Below, in pieces: positions 1-8,820 of a DNA stretch of 64,000 bases. The position numbers were made by a program, and so were the translations under genes. The stretch is taken from the NCBI GenBank assembly GCA_045546615.1, contig JAZQDD010000023.1, positions 40,296 to 104,295 of the forward strand, in the 5' to 3' direction. Every line of letters begins with the position of its first letter. Positions within the stretch are counted from its first letter, which is position 1. Origin of the DNA: Eubacteriales bacterium. Its GTDB lineage: Bacteria > Bacillota > Clostridia > Oscillospirales > CAG-272. The notes beneath the pieces are model-generated. The model searched no databases, was not told the origin of the DNA, and was given only the letters and a program-made list of their open reading frames with translations.

Positions 1-505
1 ACAGCTCGCATATCGCCTCATCGAGACCCGAAAGAGAAAAATGCTTCTTGATCTTTTCAAAGATACCCACGCCGTCATCCATTATGAGCACAGCGGTTTC
101 GAGATAGTTTTGAGTAACCGTGACCTGCATATTTTCGGCATCCGAATGATCTACAACGTTATTTGCCATTTCGGTAAACGCATAGAGCCAAATACGCTTA
201 ACGTTTTCCGCCAACGAGGCGATGTGTCGGCGCAGGCACGCATCGTAAGCATACGTATCGCTATCCAGCTCGCCCTTGCTTCTTTTAAGGGTATAGTCAA
301 ATTGTGTCGATACCAATTCGTACTGTCCGCGCTTGCCTTTCTTGATCACGCCGTCAAGTATAAGCTCATTTATATACGTGTGCACCGTATTCGTGCTTAT
401 ATCAAAAGCATCGGACACGACCTTTGAAACGCTTTTGGTATTAGCTGAAATCTTTTCCAAAAGGTATAAAATAATAGTTTGCTTCTTATCAGCATTGAAT
501 TTCAT
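1..505 (-). CDS. HTH + HATPase-like protein (DUF4325/STAS-like family), truncated by the window edge
   Basis: Not in the ORF track. Manual translation from ATG at 505 (RBS GTAAGGAG) gives MKFNADKKQTIILYLLEK...NTVHTYINEL...YAFTEMANNVVDHS...IMDDGVGIFEKI, i.e. an HTH followed by GHKL N-box and G1-box motifs. Confidence 0.75.
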   Translation of the reverse strand, partial: MKFNADKKQTIILYLLEKISANTKSVSKVVSDAFDISTNTVHTYINELILDGVIKKGKRGQYELVSTQFDYTLKRSKGELDSDTYAYDACLRRHIASLAENVKRIWLYAFTEMANNVVDHSDAENMQVTVTQNYLETAVLIMDDGVGIFEKIKKHFSLSGLDEAICEL

Positions 506-640
506 AGGAGCACTCCTTACCACTTAATCAATAATATTATACTGCCCATTTCGTTTTTTGTCAATACGTATTACTCAAAAAAGCCATTTTAATCATCATA
601 AACGAAAAGTTATTACTCTTAAATTATTTTATCAGTAATA

Positions 641-752
641 ACTCCGCAAGTATCTCTACCCAAAAGACCGCTTTTTCGTCCCAAAGGATGAAAAAGCGGT
701 CTTTCTTTACTTATTTTTGTATTTTCGTTCTGCGCCGAATTAGATAGTCCCG
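641..752 (-). mobile_element. Truncated copy of the ~220-bp MITE-like element
   Basis: Reverse complement (GGGACTATCTAATTCGGCGCAGAACGAAAATACAAAAATAAGTAAAGAAAGACCGC...) matches the left half of the copy at 59709-59928. Confidence 0.75.
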
Positions 753-817
753 TTTGGTTTATTACCGTGTAATTAGCCAATTCGTTTTCACACAGATCTT
801 TTTCATTTTACGGTGTT

Positions 818-1165
818 TCAGCCTATCAGCTCGATCTCAATTCCTATTACACCGTATGCGGCTTGCTCCTCTTTGGAGTAATAAAGCTCCATATCCGCGG
901 CAGAGGCTGCGGCTACGTTCTCGACCGTATATCCGCACTTAAGCAAAGGGAGAGTCTTATACAATTCCTCAAACGAAGCAAAGCGGTGTAGCGCGATAAC
1001 GCGGCAAAGCAAGGTGGCGGACGGGTCGGTGCGGTGGCAAAACTCTATCTCGTCGCCAACGGCGATAGCCTGACGCTTTTCGTCGTACAGACGCAGTTCT
1101 ATGGTCTTGCGCCCGCTTTTTATCATAGCGTACGGCGCATCGTTCAATTTCATCGTGTGCTTCAT
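818..1165 (-). CDS. ASCH domain protein
   Basis: IKSGRKTIELR (GxKxxExR) motif; RBS AAAGGAG before ATG 1165. Confidence 0.85.
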   Translation of the reverse strand: MKHTMKLNDAPYAMIKSGRKTIELRLYDEKRQAIAVGDEIEFCHRTDPSATLLCRVIALHRFASFEELYKTLPLLKCGYTVENVAAASAADMELYYSKEEQAAYGVIGIEIELIG

Positions 1166-1245
1166 TTTGATTTCTCCTTTAACGCTTACTGTGCCAAGGG
1201 ATCGACCTACGCCACGCCTTATATTTATGGTAGTAAGCAAAACGC

Positions 1246-1392
1246 GGCGAAGCTAATCATAACTTGCCGCAGGCAATCATAACTGATAACTCGTTTCGCA
1301 AGCGGAGAACGAGAAGTTATGGGTTTAGAGTTATGAATTTGGCTTCGCCAAATGTTATGATATGACCGTTTCTGCGAAACGATCATAGTTGA
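1246..1392. repeat. Motif-hairpin inverted array, family 1 (TCATAAC / GTTATGA), copy A
   Basis: TCATAAC units and inverted GTTATGA units are separated by short hairpins (TTGCC-GCA-GGCAA, ATTTGGC-TTC-GCCAAAT). 1246-1344 is about 95% identical to 4007-4104. Confidence 0.85.
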
Positions 1393-1504
1393 TTGAATGG
1401 CTAAAATATTGAAAGGAGGCACACGATAAGGTGTCGCCTTTCCTTGTGGCAGTCTTCGAATATATACCGCCAAAACCTTGCTTGAATTTTCATATCAAGC
1501 AATT

Positions 1505-1861
1505 TTAAGATAATTTGAAATTTTCCCCATTGACGATAATGTAATCTTTACCATACTCAAAGGATACAGATATAGCCGATTCTATGTCAACCGACAAAAC
1601 ACCGTCTTTGCACATATAGGCGTTTTCTCCACTCAAAAAATTGGTCAAGCGAAGATCCACGCCCATATCTTGGCGCAATTCCTCATTGAATTCGTCAAAG
1701 GATACATTTATAAACTGAATACTGTTTTCCGTGATGATAACCTGTTTTTCGGTATCATTTTCATTTTGATAAGTACCAAATGAAACCGTAGAATCACTAC
1801 ATCCACTTAAAACTAAAGACAACGCACAAATCAACATAACAATAGTTACTATTTTTTTCAT
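1505..1861 (-). CDS. Hypothetical lipoprotein
   Basis: MKK + hydrophobic stretch + LSGC lipobox. Confidence 0.75.
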   Translation of the reverse strand: MKKIVTIVMLICALSLVLSGCSDSTVSFGTYQNENDTEKQVIITENSIQFINVSFDEFNEELRQDMGVDLRLTNFLSGENAYMCKDGVLSVDIESAISVSFEYGKDYIIVNGENFKLS

Positions 1862-1964
1862 ATTCCGCCTCAAATTAATTTAGAAATCTATAATAGGCTA
1901 TACCTAATTAGGTATCACCTTTCCTTATGGTAGTCGTCGAATGATCGACGGCTTAATTTTTTGC

Positions 1965-2018
1965 CTAATCCGTTATTACGCTTATGCAACACATTATCAA
2001 AATAATAATATTTTTCAT
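1965..2018 (-). pseudogene. 17-aa signal-peptide-like ORF, probable deletion remnant
   Basis: Perfect AGGAGG RBS and an upstream promoter, but the ORF MKNIIILIMCCISVITD stops after 17 codons. Confidence 0.4.
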
Positions 2019-2193
2019 AACAAACCTCCTAATTTTAATTTGTTCTTTTATTTATTGTAAAGCGCATAAATATACTTTACATTTCCGAAATTAAACATGA
2101 CATTTATAATTTCTTGTATTATAGCATACTTTTGAGAAAAAATGTGAACCGATATAAATACTGAGTGAGTCGTGACATGCGACATGTTCTCAA

Positions 2194-2829
2194 TTATTCT
2201 GGCAATGTAAGATCGGGTAGTACCCCATCAATACCGTCTATTTTATAGCCTTCACTGTTCAAGCTGAAATATCCAAAATCAGATATATACATCATGACAT
2301 CGATCTCGTCACATTTTGAAACGAAATTGCTGTAATCAATTCTCACCTCATACTTGCCGGGAGTAGTCGGCATTTGGTCGGCTTTCTCGCCATTAACGTA
2401 AATGATCAAATCTGCGACGGTATTCGTTATCACTTCAGAATTGGGAGATTGCCAACCTCTGAAAGCGAACACCAGCGGATCGTTTGTTTTTTTATTAATA
2501 AACAGTGTAATAGATGTGTCGTCAAAGCCCTTGTGTGCAATAGATGCAATTTTGCTGTTGCATACATCTCCATCATAATAGAACGATGATGTAGCAGTGT
2601 ATCCAATGTATTCTGCTGATGGCGCATTGGGTGTTTGTTCCCCCTTAAAAAAGACTACGCTTACAACTAAAACAAGGCAGAAACAAGCTGCCGCCATCGA
2701 AGCCCATTTTATCCAAGTGCGTTTTTTCGGTTTCTTTTTCGATGCGAGATCTGCTTTCATATCGAAATAACGGTTAAGAATGTCCGAATCCAGATCGGTA
2801 ATAGCATCTATGAGTTTTTCTTGTGTCAT
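2194..2829 (-). CDS. Putative membrane anti-sigma factor
   Basis: Overlaps the stop of the ECF sigma gene. Short cytoplasmic N-terminus (LIDAITDLDSDIL), KWASMAAACFCLVL TM helix, then an extracytoplasmic domain. Confidence 0.75.
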   Translation of the reverse strand: MTQEKLIDAITDLDSDILNRYFDMKADLASKKKPKKRTWIKWASMAAACFCLVLVVSVVFFKGEQTPNAPSAEYIGYTATSSFYYDGDVCNSKIASIAHKGFDDTSITLFINKKTNDPLVFAFRGWQSPNSEVITNTVADLIIYVNGEKADQMPTTPGKYEVRIDYSNFVSKCDEIDVMMYISDFGYFSLNSEGYKIDGIDGVLPDLTLPE

Positions 2830-3416
2830 GGTAAGTATCCCTCACTTTCAAGATATTTTTTGAGTCCAATTTTGATTGATTCGATCTCTCGCTTGACGGT
2901 AGAAACGCTGCAGCCGAGTTCTTTGCCGATCGTCGGAATAGGATCAGCGATATAGTAACGGCTGACGAAAATATACATTTGTCTGTCGGGGAGAGCTCTG
3001 ACGAAATTACTTATGGTTTTGGCGAGTTCTTTTGCTTCGAGTTCAGCATTCATATCGCTGTCGTCTGCTATGAAATCTTCAAGTTCGGAAAGCGAAACGG
3101 TGAATTCCGATGCAATACGTTTTTGGCGATTGTTTTGTCTGAAACGATCTATTGCTGTTCTGCGCATGATTGTTCCAAGAAAAGATTGAAGCACCACGGG
3201 TCTTGCCGGAGGAATTGCATTCCAAGCACCGATATATGTATCGTTCAGGCATTCCTCGCTGTCGCACATATCGTGAACGATATTGATTGCAACCGAGAGT
3301 AAGAATTTCTTATACTTAATATCGGTTTCCTTGATCGCCTGCTCGTCACGCTGCCAATACAGCTCAACAATCTGCTCGTCACTTATTGTAGCCGCCCGAT
3401 TGGTTTGAAGTTCCAT
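2826..3416 (-). CDS. ECF-type RNA polymerase sigma-70 factor
   Basis: DEQIVELYWQRDEQAI, DSEECLNDTYIGAWN (region 2) and a C-terminal region 4 HTH. Confidence 0.9.
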   Translation of the reverse strand: MELQTNRAATISDEQIVELYWQRDEQAIKETDIKYKKFLLSVAINIVHDMCDSEECLNDTYIGAWNAIPPARPVVLQSFLGTIMRRTAIDRFRQNNRQKRIASEFTVSLSELEDFIADDSDMNAELEAKELAKTISNFVRALPDRQMYIFVSRYYIADPIPTIGKELGCSVSTVKREIESIKIGLKKYLESEGYLP

Positions 3417-3630
3417 AACACACCTCCTTCGCCGTTATTTGAAAGGCCCTTCATAAGTAATAGTCGATACTTTTTTCTAAATAGCTCACGTTTTTTGAAA
3501 GTTTTTGGATTTTTTATATTATAACATATTTTTGTGGAAAATGTGTGAACTGATATAAAAAATCATGGTGCCACCGAAGCGGCACCCTTGAAAGATAGCA
3601 ACATAAGAGGCTTTGCGCCCCTGCCGTAGT

Positions 3631-3981
3631 TTATTTGTTTTTTAATGTAGTAACAGAAGAAACTAACATTCTGCGAAGCTCAACACATCTTCTTTCAAAA
3701 TCGTCAAATTCTGCTTTGGTAATGCTACCTGTTTCACATAAAAGTTCAAGCCAATATTCACTCTCATTACATTCTTTAAGAGCTATTTCAAATTTTGAAA
3801 TGAAATCTTTTGTTTCCTGTGCATATTGAGCTTCGTGGATATTTGCTCCAACAGATGTACCGCAACGCAGAAGTTGATTGACCAAAGCACTTTCAACACC
3901 GTTTTGCTTCATTTTTCGGCAAAGAAAAACTATTCCCTTGGCGAACTCCTTGGATTTTGTTCTTAATACACTATCTGCCAT
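3631..3981 (-). CDS. Four-helix-bundle protein (TIGR02436 / 23S rRNA IVP / bAvd-like), paralog 1
   Basis: QLLRCGTSVGANIHEAQ...DFISKFEIALKECNESEYWL signature; ATG at 3981 with GAGGT RBS. Confidence 0.92.
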   Translation of the reverse strand: MADSVLRTKSKEFAKGIVFLCRKMKQNGVESALVNQLLRCGTSVGANIHEAQYAQETKDFISKFEIALKECNESEYWLELLCETGSITKAEFDDFERRCVELRRMLVSSVTTLKNK

Positions 3982-4006
3982 TCTACTTACCTCTAACTTC
4001 AAACTT

Positions 4007-4104
4007 GGCGAAGCCAATCATAACTTGCCGCAGGCAATCATAACTGATAACTCGTTTCGCAACGGGGGACGAGAAGTTATGAGTTTAGAGTTATGAATTT
4101 GGCT
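4007..4104. repeat. Motif-hairpin inverted array, family 1, copy B, directly upstream of the four-helix-bundle gene
   Basis: Same units as 1246-1344. Ends about 25 nt before the ATG at 3981. Confidence 0.85.
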
Positions 4105-4171
4105 CACACATTCCGCAATATTTTATTTATCGTTTAACGAAAACTTCACGCATGCGGTGCTCATAACTCGG

Positions 4172-4213
4172 AGGGGGTGAGTCAAATGCAAAAATGCATT
4201 TGACTCACCCCCT
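4172..4213. terminator. 19-bp perfect hairpin, likely terminator of the thioester-protein gene
   Basis: AGGGGGTGAGTCAAATGCA-AAAA-TGCATTTGACTCACCCCCT. Confidence 0.6.
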
Positions 4214-4232
4214 TGTCAGCTTTATTAAAAGC

Positions 4233-5069
4233 TTAAGACTGATGGCGTTTTTTTGTACGAACCGCCCACGTTGCGCCGCCAATGCTCAGCAGTAAAAGCG
4301 CAAGTTGGAAACAGGGTTCGAGATCATCGGACGTTTTCGGGGGCATTCCATCGGGGTCAACCGTATCACATTCGATACAAACGCCGCCTTGATATACGTG
4401 TTCTTCGCGATCCTTTTTATCTCCGCACTCGCATTCGTGCCAATGCTCGTTTTCGTCAAACGACCAATCCTTATCGTAATCGTGAACGTGGGAGGGTGTC
4501 TGACCAACGACGATCTTGTAGGCGAAAAAGTACTGCACCTCTGAGTTATCGGGAATCATGACAGTAAAATAAAATGTAATAATATCCCCGTTGTCCAGTT
4601 GTAGCGTGTAACCTTCGTCGGGGATCGCGGGGCCGGTATACGCCTTGACCAAATTTACCAATCTGGATTTCTCACCCGAAACCCACTGCCCATCCGTAAA
4701 ATGCCACACGATAGCCTGAATGGTATTTGTATCCTTGACCTGATATCCGCCGTTGCCGTCGGGTACAAACAGATCCTCAAAGCATTGCGTAAACAACACC
4801 TTCAAGTACTGAGAAATGTCGCTGTTGTCTTTGTTGCTGAGCGCGGCGGACGTGCCGCCGGCGGAAGCGAAAGTATCACCCGAATAAGCGCCATGCAAGA
4901 GGGGGTCCAGGCAGAAACCGTAATAGCCATTCGAAAACTCCACGTTACGATCTCCGGTAGAAAGCGCCGTTTCCTGAGCTGACGTTGCGAATGCGGTAAA
5001 CGTCGCCGCAAGAATAACGGTCAAAATGATTATAAATGATATTAAGTAACTGCGCCTTTTAATGTTCAT
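4233..5069 (-). CDS. Cys-Gln thioester-domain (TED) cell-surface protein with sortase-type anchor
   Basis: Signal peptide; YGFCLD; TQXA-like IQAIVWHFTD; VQYFF; His/Cys-rich linker; PKTSD + TM + basic tail. Confidence 0.75.
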   Translation of the reverse strand: MNIKRRSYLISFIIILTVILAATFTAFATSAQETALSTGDRNVEFSNGYYGFCLDPLLHGAYSGDTFASAGGTSAALSNKDNSDISQYLKVLFTQCFEDLFVPDGNGGYQVKDTNTIQAIVWHFTDGQWVSGEKSRLVNLVKAYTGPAIPDEGYTLQLDNGDIITFYFTVMIPDNSEVQYFFAYKIVVGQTPSHVHDYDKDWSFDENEHWHECECGDKKDREEHVYQGGVCIECDTVDPDGMPPKTSDDLEPCFQLALLLLSIGGATWAVRTKKRHQS

Positions 5070-5177
5070 ATTCTTTTTTCCTTTTCATGATGTATTACAT
5101 GGAACATACGAAACAACATCCATAATGATCGACAAAAAATTACGGCGCGCATTATGGATGTTGCTTTTTTCAAGCTA

Positions 5178-6473
5178 TTATTCCCACTCTATCGTAGAAA
5201 AAGGCTTCGGTGAGAGGTCGTAGAGAACGCGGTTGACGCCCTTTACCTCGTTTACGATTCTTTCGGTAACTCTCTGCAGGAATGCAAAATCAAGGGGTGC
5301 GGCGGTTGCGGTCATTGCGTCGACGGTGTTTACCGCGCGAATGACTACTGCCCACTCGGTCGAGCGCGCATGGTTGCGCACGCCAACGCTCTTCATATCG
5401 GGAATAGCGGTGAAATACTGCCATACCTTACCAACGAGTCCTTCCTTTGCAAACTCCTCGCGCAGAATTGCGTCGGAGTGGCGTACTGCCTCAAGTCTGT
5501 CGCGCGTGATCGCGCCAAGGCAACGCACGCCGAGACCGGGGCCGGGGAAGGGCTGGCGGTTTACCATATTGTCGGGAAGTCCGAGAGCCGCGCCGCAGGC
5601 GCGTACCTCGTCCTTAAAGAGCATCTTAAGAGGCTCGACAAGCTCGAACTTGAGATCCTCGGGAAGTCCGCCTACGTTGTGGTGGGACTTTACGTTCTTT
5701 GCGGTCTTTGTACCCGACTCGATAATGTCGGGATATATCGTACCCTGCGCAAGGAACTTCACGCCCTCGGAAGAAAGGCGGCGAGCCTCCTCCTCGAAAA
5801 TGCGGATAAATTCCTCACCTATTATCTTACGCTTGCGCTCGGGATCGGCAACGCCCGCGAGCTTATCAAGATATCTGTCGACTGCGTCAACGTAGATAAG
5901 GTCAGCGCCAAGCTCCTTGCCAAACACCTGAACGACCTCCTCGGGCTCGCCCTGACGGAGCAGACCGTGGTTTACGTGAACGCAGGTGAGACGGTCGCCT
6001 ATCGCGCGAATAAGTAACGCGGCAACGACGGACGAGTCAACTCCGCCCGAAAGCGCGAGAAGCACGCGACCGTCACCGACCTGACGGCGGATAAGCTCAA
6101 CCTGATCGGCAATAAAGTTTTCAATATTCCAGTTAGCGTCAGCACCGCAGGTGTCAAAGATAAAGGGCTTTAACATCTCGATGACCGCGTCGTCGTCCGC
6201 GCTCAACGCAGGTGCGCCGTCGCAGTCGATGGAAAGGGTGGGAACTCCTGCGGCAAGGATAGCTGCCGAGGGCTTGACCTCCACACCGTCAACTATGCGG
6301 TTTTCACCGCCGTTGAAGATGATTCCCTTGACGTTGGGAATTGCGGCAAGCGCCTTTTCGTCAAGGTCATGGGGGTGGATCTCGCTATATACGCCAACAC
6401 GGCGGATAAGGCGGGCAAGGCGAGCGTTTTCGGTGCTGCCCAGATCAATAATGAGGATCATGTCTTGTTGCAT
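5178..6473 (-). CDS. guaA: GMP synthase with a degenerate glutamine amidotransferase domain
   Basis: LSGGVDSSV PP-loop, KSHHNVGGLP, RQPFPGPGL and C-terminal TIEWE; short N-terminal domain. Confidence 0.93.
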   Translation of the reverse strand: MQQDMILIIDLGSTENARLARLIRRVGVYSEIHPHDLDEKALAAIPNVKGIIFNGGENRIVDGVEVKPSAAILAAGVPTLSIDCDGAPALSADDDAVIEMLKPFIFDTCGADANWNIENFIADQVELIRRQVGDGRVLLALSGGVDSSVVAALLIRAIGDRLTCVHVNHGLLRQGEPEEVVQVFGKELGADLIYVDAVDRYLDKLAGVADPERKRKIIGEEFIRIFEEEARRLSSEGVKFLAQGTIYPDIIESGTKTAKNVKSHHNVGGLPEDLKFELVEPLKMLFKDEVRACGAALGLPDNMVNRQPFPGPGLGVRCLGAITRDRLEAVRHSDAILREEFAKEGLVGKVWQYFTAIPDMKSVGVRNHARSTEWAVVIRAVNTVDAMTATAAPLDFAFLQRVTERIVNEVKGVNRVLYDLSPKPFSTIEWE

Positions 6474-6504
6474 TTTTTATACCTCCGAATCCATAAGGAT
6501 CAAA

Positions 6505-7881
6505 TTACTTGTTTTGATTTTTGCTTATATAGCGGGCAACGTATACACCACTTGCCGATGCGTGCGACAGCGAATGAGTAGTTCCGCCGCAGTCGCCGAT
6601 AACGAAAAGTCCCTTGTGGCAGGTCTCAAGATTGTTGTCCGTTTCGACCTCCATATTATAGAACTTGACCTCAACTCCGTAAAGGAGCGTGTCATCGTTC
6701 GCAGTACCGGGGGCTATCTTATCAAGGGCGTATATCATCTCGATTATTCCGTCAAGAATACGCTTGGGTATTACGAGGCTGAGGTCACCGGGAGTCGCGC
6801 TGAGCGTGGGAGTCATAAAGTTTTCCGCAATTCTGTCCGCGTTGCTTCTACGTCCTCTTATCAGGTCACCGAAGCGCTGTACCATAACGCCGCCGCCAAG
6901 CATATTGGAAAGCCTTGCAATGCTCTCGCCGTAGCCGTTGCTGTCACGGAACGGCTCGGAAAAATGCTTTGCTACAAGAAGCGCGAAATTGGTATTACCC
7001 GTCTGCTTTGCGGGATCCTCATAGCTGTGACCGTTAACGGTAACAATACCGTTTGTGTTCTCGTTTACAACAGCACCGCGCGGGTTCATGCAGAACGTAC
7101 GCACAAGGTCCTGAAACTTTTCGGTGCGGTAAACTATCTTACTCTCGTAAAGCTCGTCGGTAAGGTGGGCAAATATCTCATAGGGAAGCTCCACCCTGAC
7201 ACCGATATCCACGCGGTTAGACCTTGTCGGTATTTCAAGCTCTCGGCAGACCTTTTCCATCCACTTACTGCCCGAACGTCCGGCTGAAATAACGCAAATG
7301 TCCGCGTCATGCTCGCCGCCCGCCGTAACAAGGGTGTAGCCGCCGCCGTTCTTTTTAACGTCCGTGACCGCCGTGCGGAAGAAAAACTCCACCTTGTCCT
7401 TGAGTTCGTTGTAAAGATTTTGAAGAACGATATAGTTTATATCCGTTCCGAGGTGTCTTACCGAGGCATCAAGCAGGTGCAGACCGTTTTGCAAACAAAG
7501 CGTTTTTATCTTTGAGTTTGCGGTGGAATAGAGCTTTGTTCCCTCTCCGCCGTTTTCAACGTTTATCTTGTCAACATAGTGCATAAGCTCAAGCGCCTCT
7601 GCCTTGCCGACGTACTCGTGCAGCGTGCCGCCAAACTCGTTGGTTATATTATATTTTCCGTCCGAGAATGCGCCCGCGCCGCCAAAACCGTTCATGATAG
7701 CACAAGTCTTACAGCCTATACATGACTTTATCTTTTTGCCGTCTATGGGACATTTTCTTTCTTCCAGAGGAGCGCCCGTTTCAAAAACGGCTATCTTACC
7801 GTCAAAGCCGCGCTTAACAAGCTCGTACGCGGTAAATATACCGCCGGGGCCTGCTCCGATTATAGCAACATCATATTTCAT
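6505..7881 (-). CDS. Uncharacterized NAD(P)/FAD-dependent oxidoreductase
   Basis: IIGAGPGG dinucleotide fold; CxxCxxC; GGAGAFSDGK; RTFCMNP. Confidence 0.85.
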   Translation of the reverse strand: MKYDVAIIGAGPGGIFTAYELVKRGFDGKIAVFETGAPLEERKCPIDGKKIKSCIGCKTCAIMNGFGGAGAFSDGKYNITNEFGGTLHEYVGKAEALELMHYVDKINVENGGEGTKLYSTANSKIKTLCLQNGLHLLDASVRHLGTDINYIVLQNLYNELKDKVEFFFRTAVTDVKKNGGGYTLVTAGGEHDADICVISAGRSGSKWMEKVCRELEIPTRSNRVDIGVRVELPYEIFAHLTDELYESKIVYRTEKFQDLVRTFCMNPRGAVVNENTNGIVTVNGHSYEDPAKQTGNTNFALLVAKHFSEPFRDSNGYGESIARLSNMLGGGVMVQRFGDLIRGRRSNADRIAENFMTPTLSATPGDLSLVIPKRILDGIIEMIYALDKIAPGTANDDTLLYGVEVKFYNMEVETDNNLETCHKGLFVIGDCGGTTHSLSHASASGVYVARYISKNQNK

Positions 7882-7964
7882 AGATACTTCCCTTACGTTA
7901 ATTTCTTACACGCAATATAATAACACAAAACTCATACAAAATCAATTATTTTTTTGAAATTTCA

Positions 7965-7993
7965 TTGACGAAATAGAAAAAATACTATATAAT
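7965..7993 (+). promoter_or_regulatory. sigmaA promoter of the nadE operon
   Basis: TTGACG-17-TATAAT. Confidence 0.7.
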
Positions 7994-8064
7994 GATTTCA
8001 TAAATTTTGCACAAAAAGGCTTTTTTCAAAAATAGCGAGATAAGCCGTCCACCGAAGGAGAAAA

Positions 8065-8820
8065 ATGTATAATTTTAACGTTGAAAACGCCACCGCCGCT
8101 TGCATAGAGTGGATAAGAGAGTGGTTTGAGAAAAACGGAAAGGGCTGTAACGCAATAGTCGGCATTTCGGGGGGCAAGGATTCCTCGGTAGTTGCCGCGC
8201 TCTGTTGTGCCGCACTCGGCAAAGACAGAGTTTTCGGCGTGCTGATGCCCGCAGGCGAGCAATTTGACATTGATTGCTCATATCAGCTCGTCAAGCACCT
8301 CGGAATCGACTCGGTCACGATAAACGTTGGAAGCACCATAGATGCCCTGAAGGATGCCGTTGGCGCACAGCTCGGCTCTCTTACGCCCCAATCGGCGCAG
8401 AATATCCCGCCGAGAATAAGAATGGCAACGCTCTACGCCGTTTCACAATCCAAAAACGGCAGAGTGGCAAACACCTGCAATCTTTCCGAGGATTGGGTGG
8501 GCTACTCCACGCGCTACGGAGATGCGGCGGGTGATTTTTCGCCTATTTCCCACTTCACCGTAGCAGAGGTAAAGCAGATAGGCAGATACCTCGGCTTGCC
8601 CGATGAGCTTGTTGAAAAAGTACCCATTGACGGACTTTGCGGCAAGACCGACGAGGACAATCTCGGCTTTACCTACGCAGAGCTTGACGCATATATCCGC
8701 GAGGGCGTAGAGCCTGAACCGACAAAAAAAGAGCGCATCGACCGCCTACACAAGATCAACCTTTTCAAGCTGCGCTTTATGGACTGCTTTGAATACTCTG
8801 CGGAGGATGACAATGGCTGA
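8065..8820 (+). CDS. nadE: NAD(+) synthase, NH3-dependent single-domain form
   Basis: GISGGKDS, RIRMATLY, GYSTRYGD, TDEDNLG. Confidence 0.93.
   Translation: MYNFNVENATAACIEWIREWFEKNGKGCNAIVGISGGKDSSVVAALCCAALGKDRVFGVLMPAGEQFDIDCSYQLVKHLGIDSVTINVGSTIDALKDAVGAQLGSLTPQSAQNIPPRIRMATLYAVSQSKNGRVANTCNLSEDWVGYSTRYGDAAGDFSPISHFTVAEVKQIGRYLGLPDELVEKVPIDGLCGKTDEDNLGFTYAELDAYIREGVEPEPTKKERIDRLHKINLFKLRFMDCFEYSAEDDNG

Noticed and set aside
41-427. 128-aa plus-strand ORF
   Set aside because: Antisense shadow of the minus-strand HATPase gene starting at 505.
3631-3981. Diversity-generating retroelement (Avd homolog)
   Set aside because: No reverse transcriptase. The 99-bp repeat pair is non-coding and its differences are not a clean adenine-specific TR/VR pattern within a target gene.
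6151-7287. Long antisense ORFs (also 22834-23913, 37906-38877, 60576-61595, 55305-56126)
   Set aside because: Opposite well-supported genes, with no RBS or motifs; explained by codon bias.
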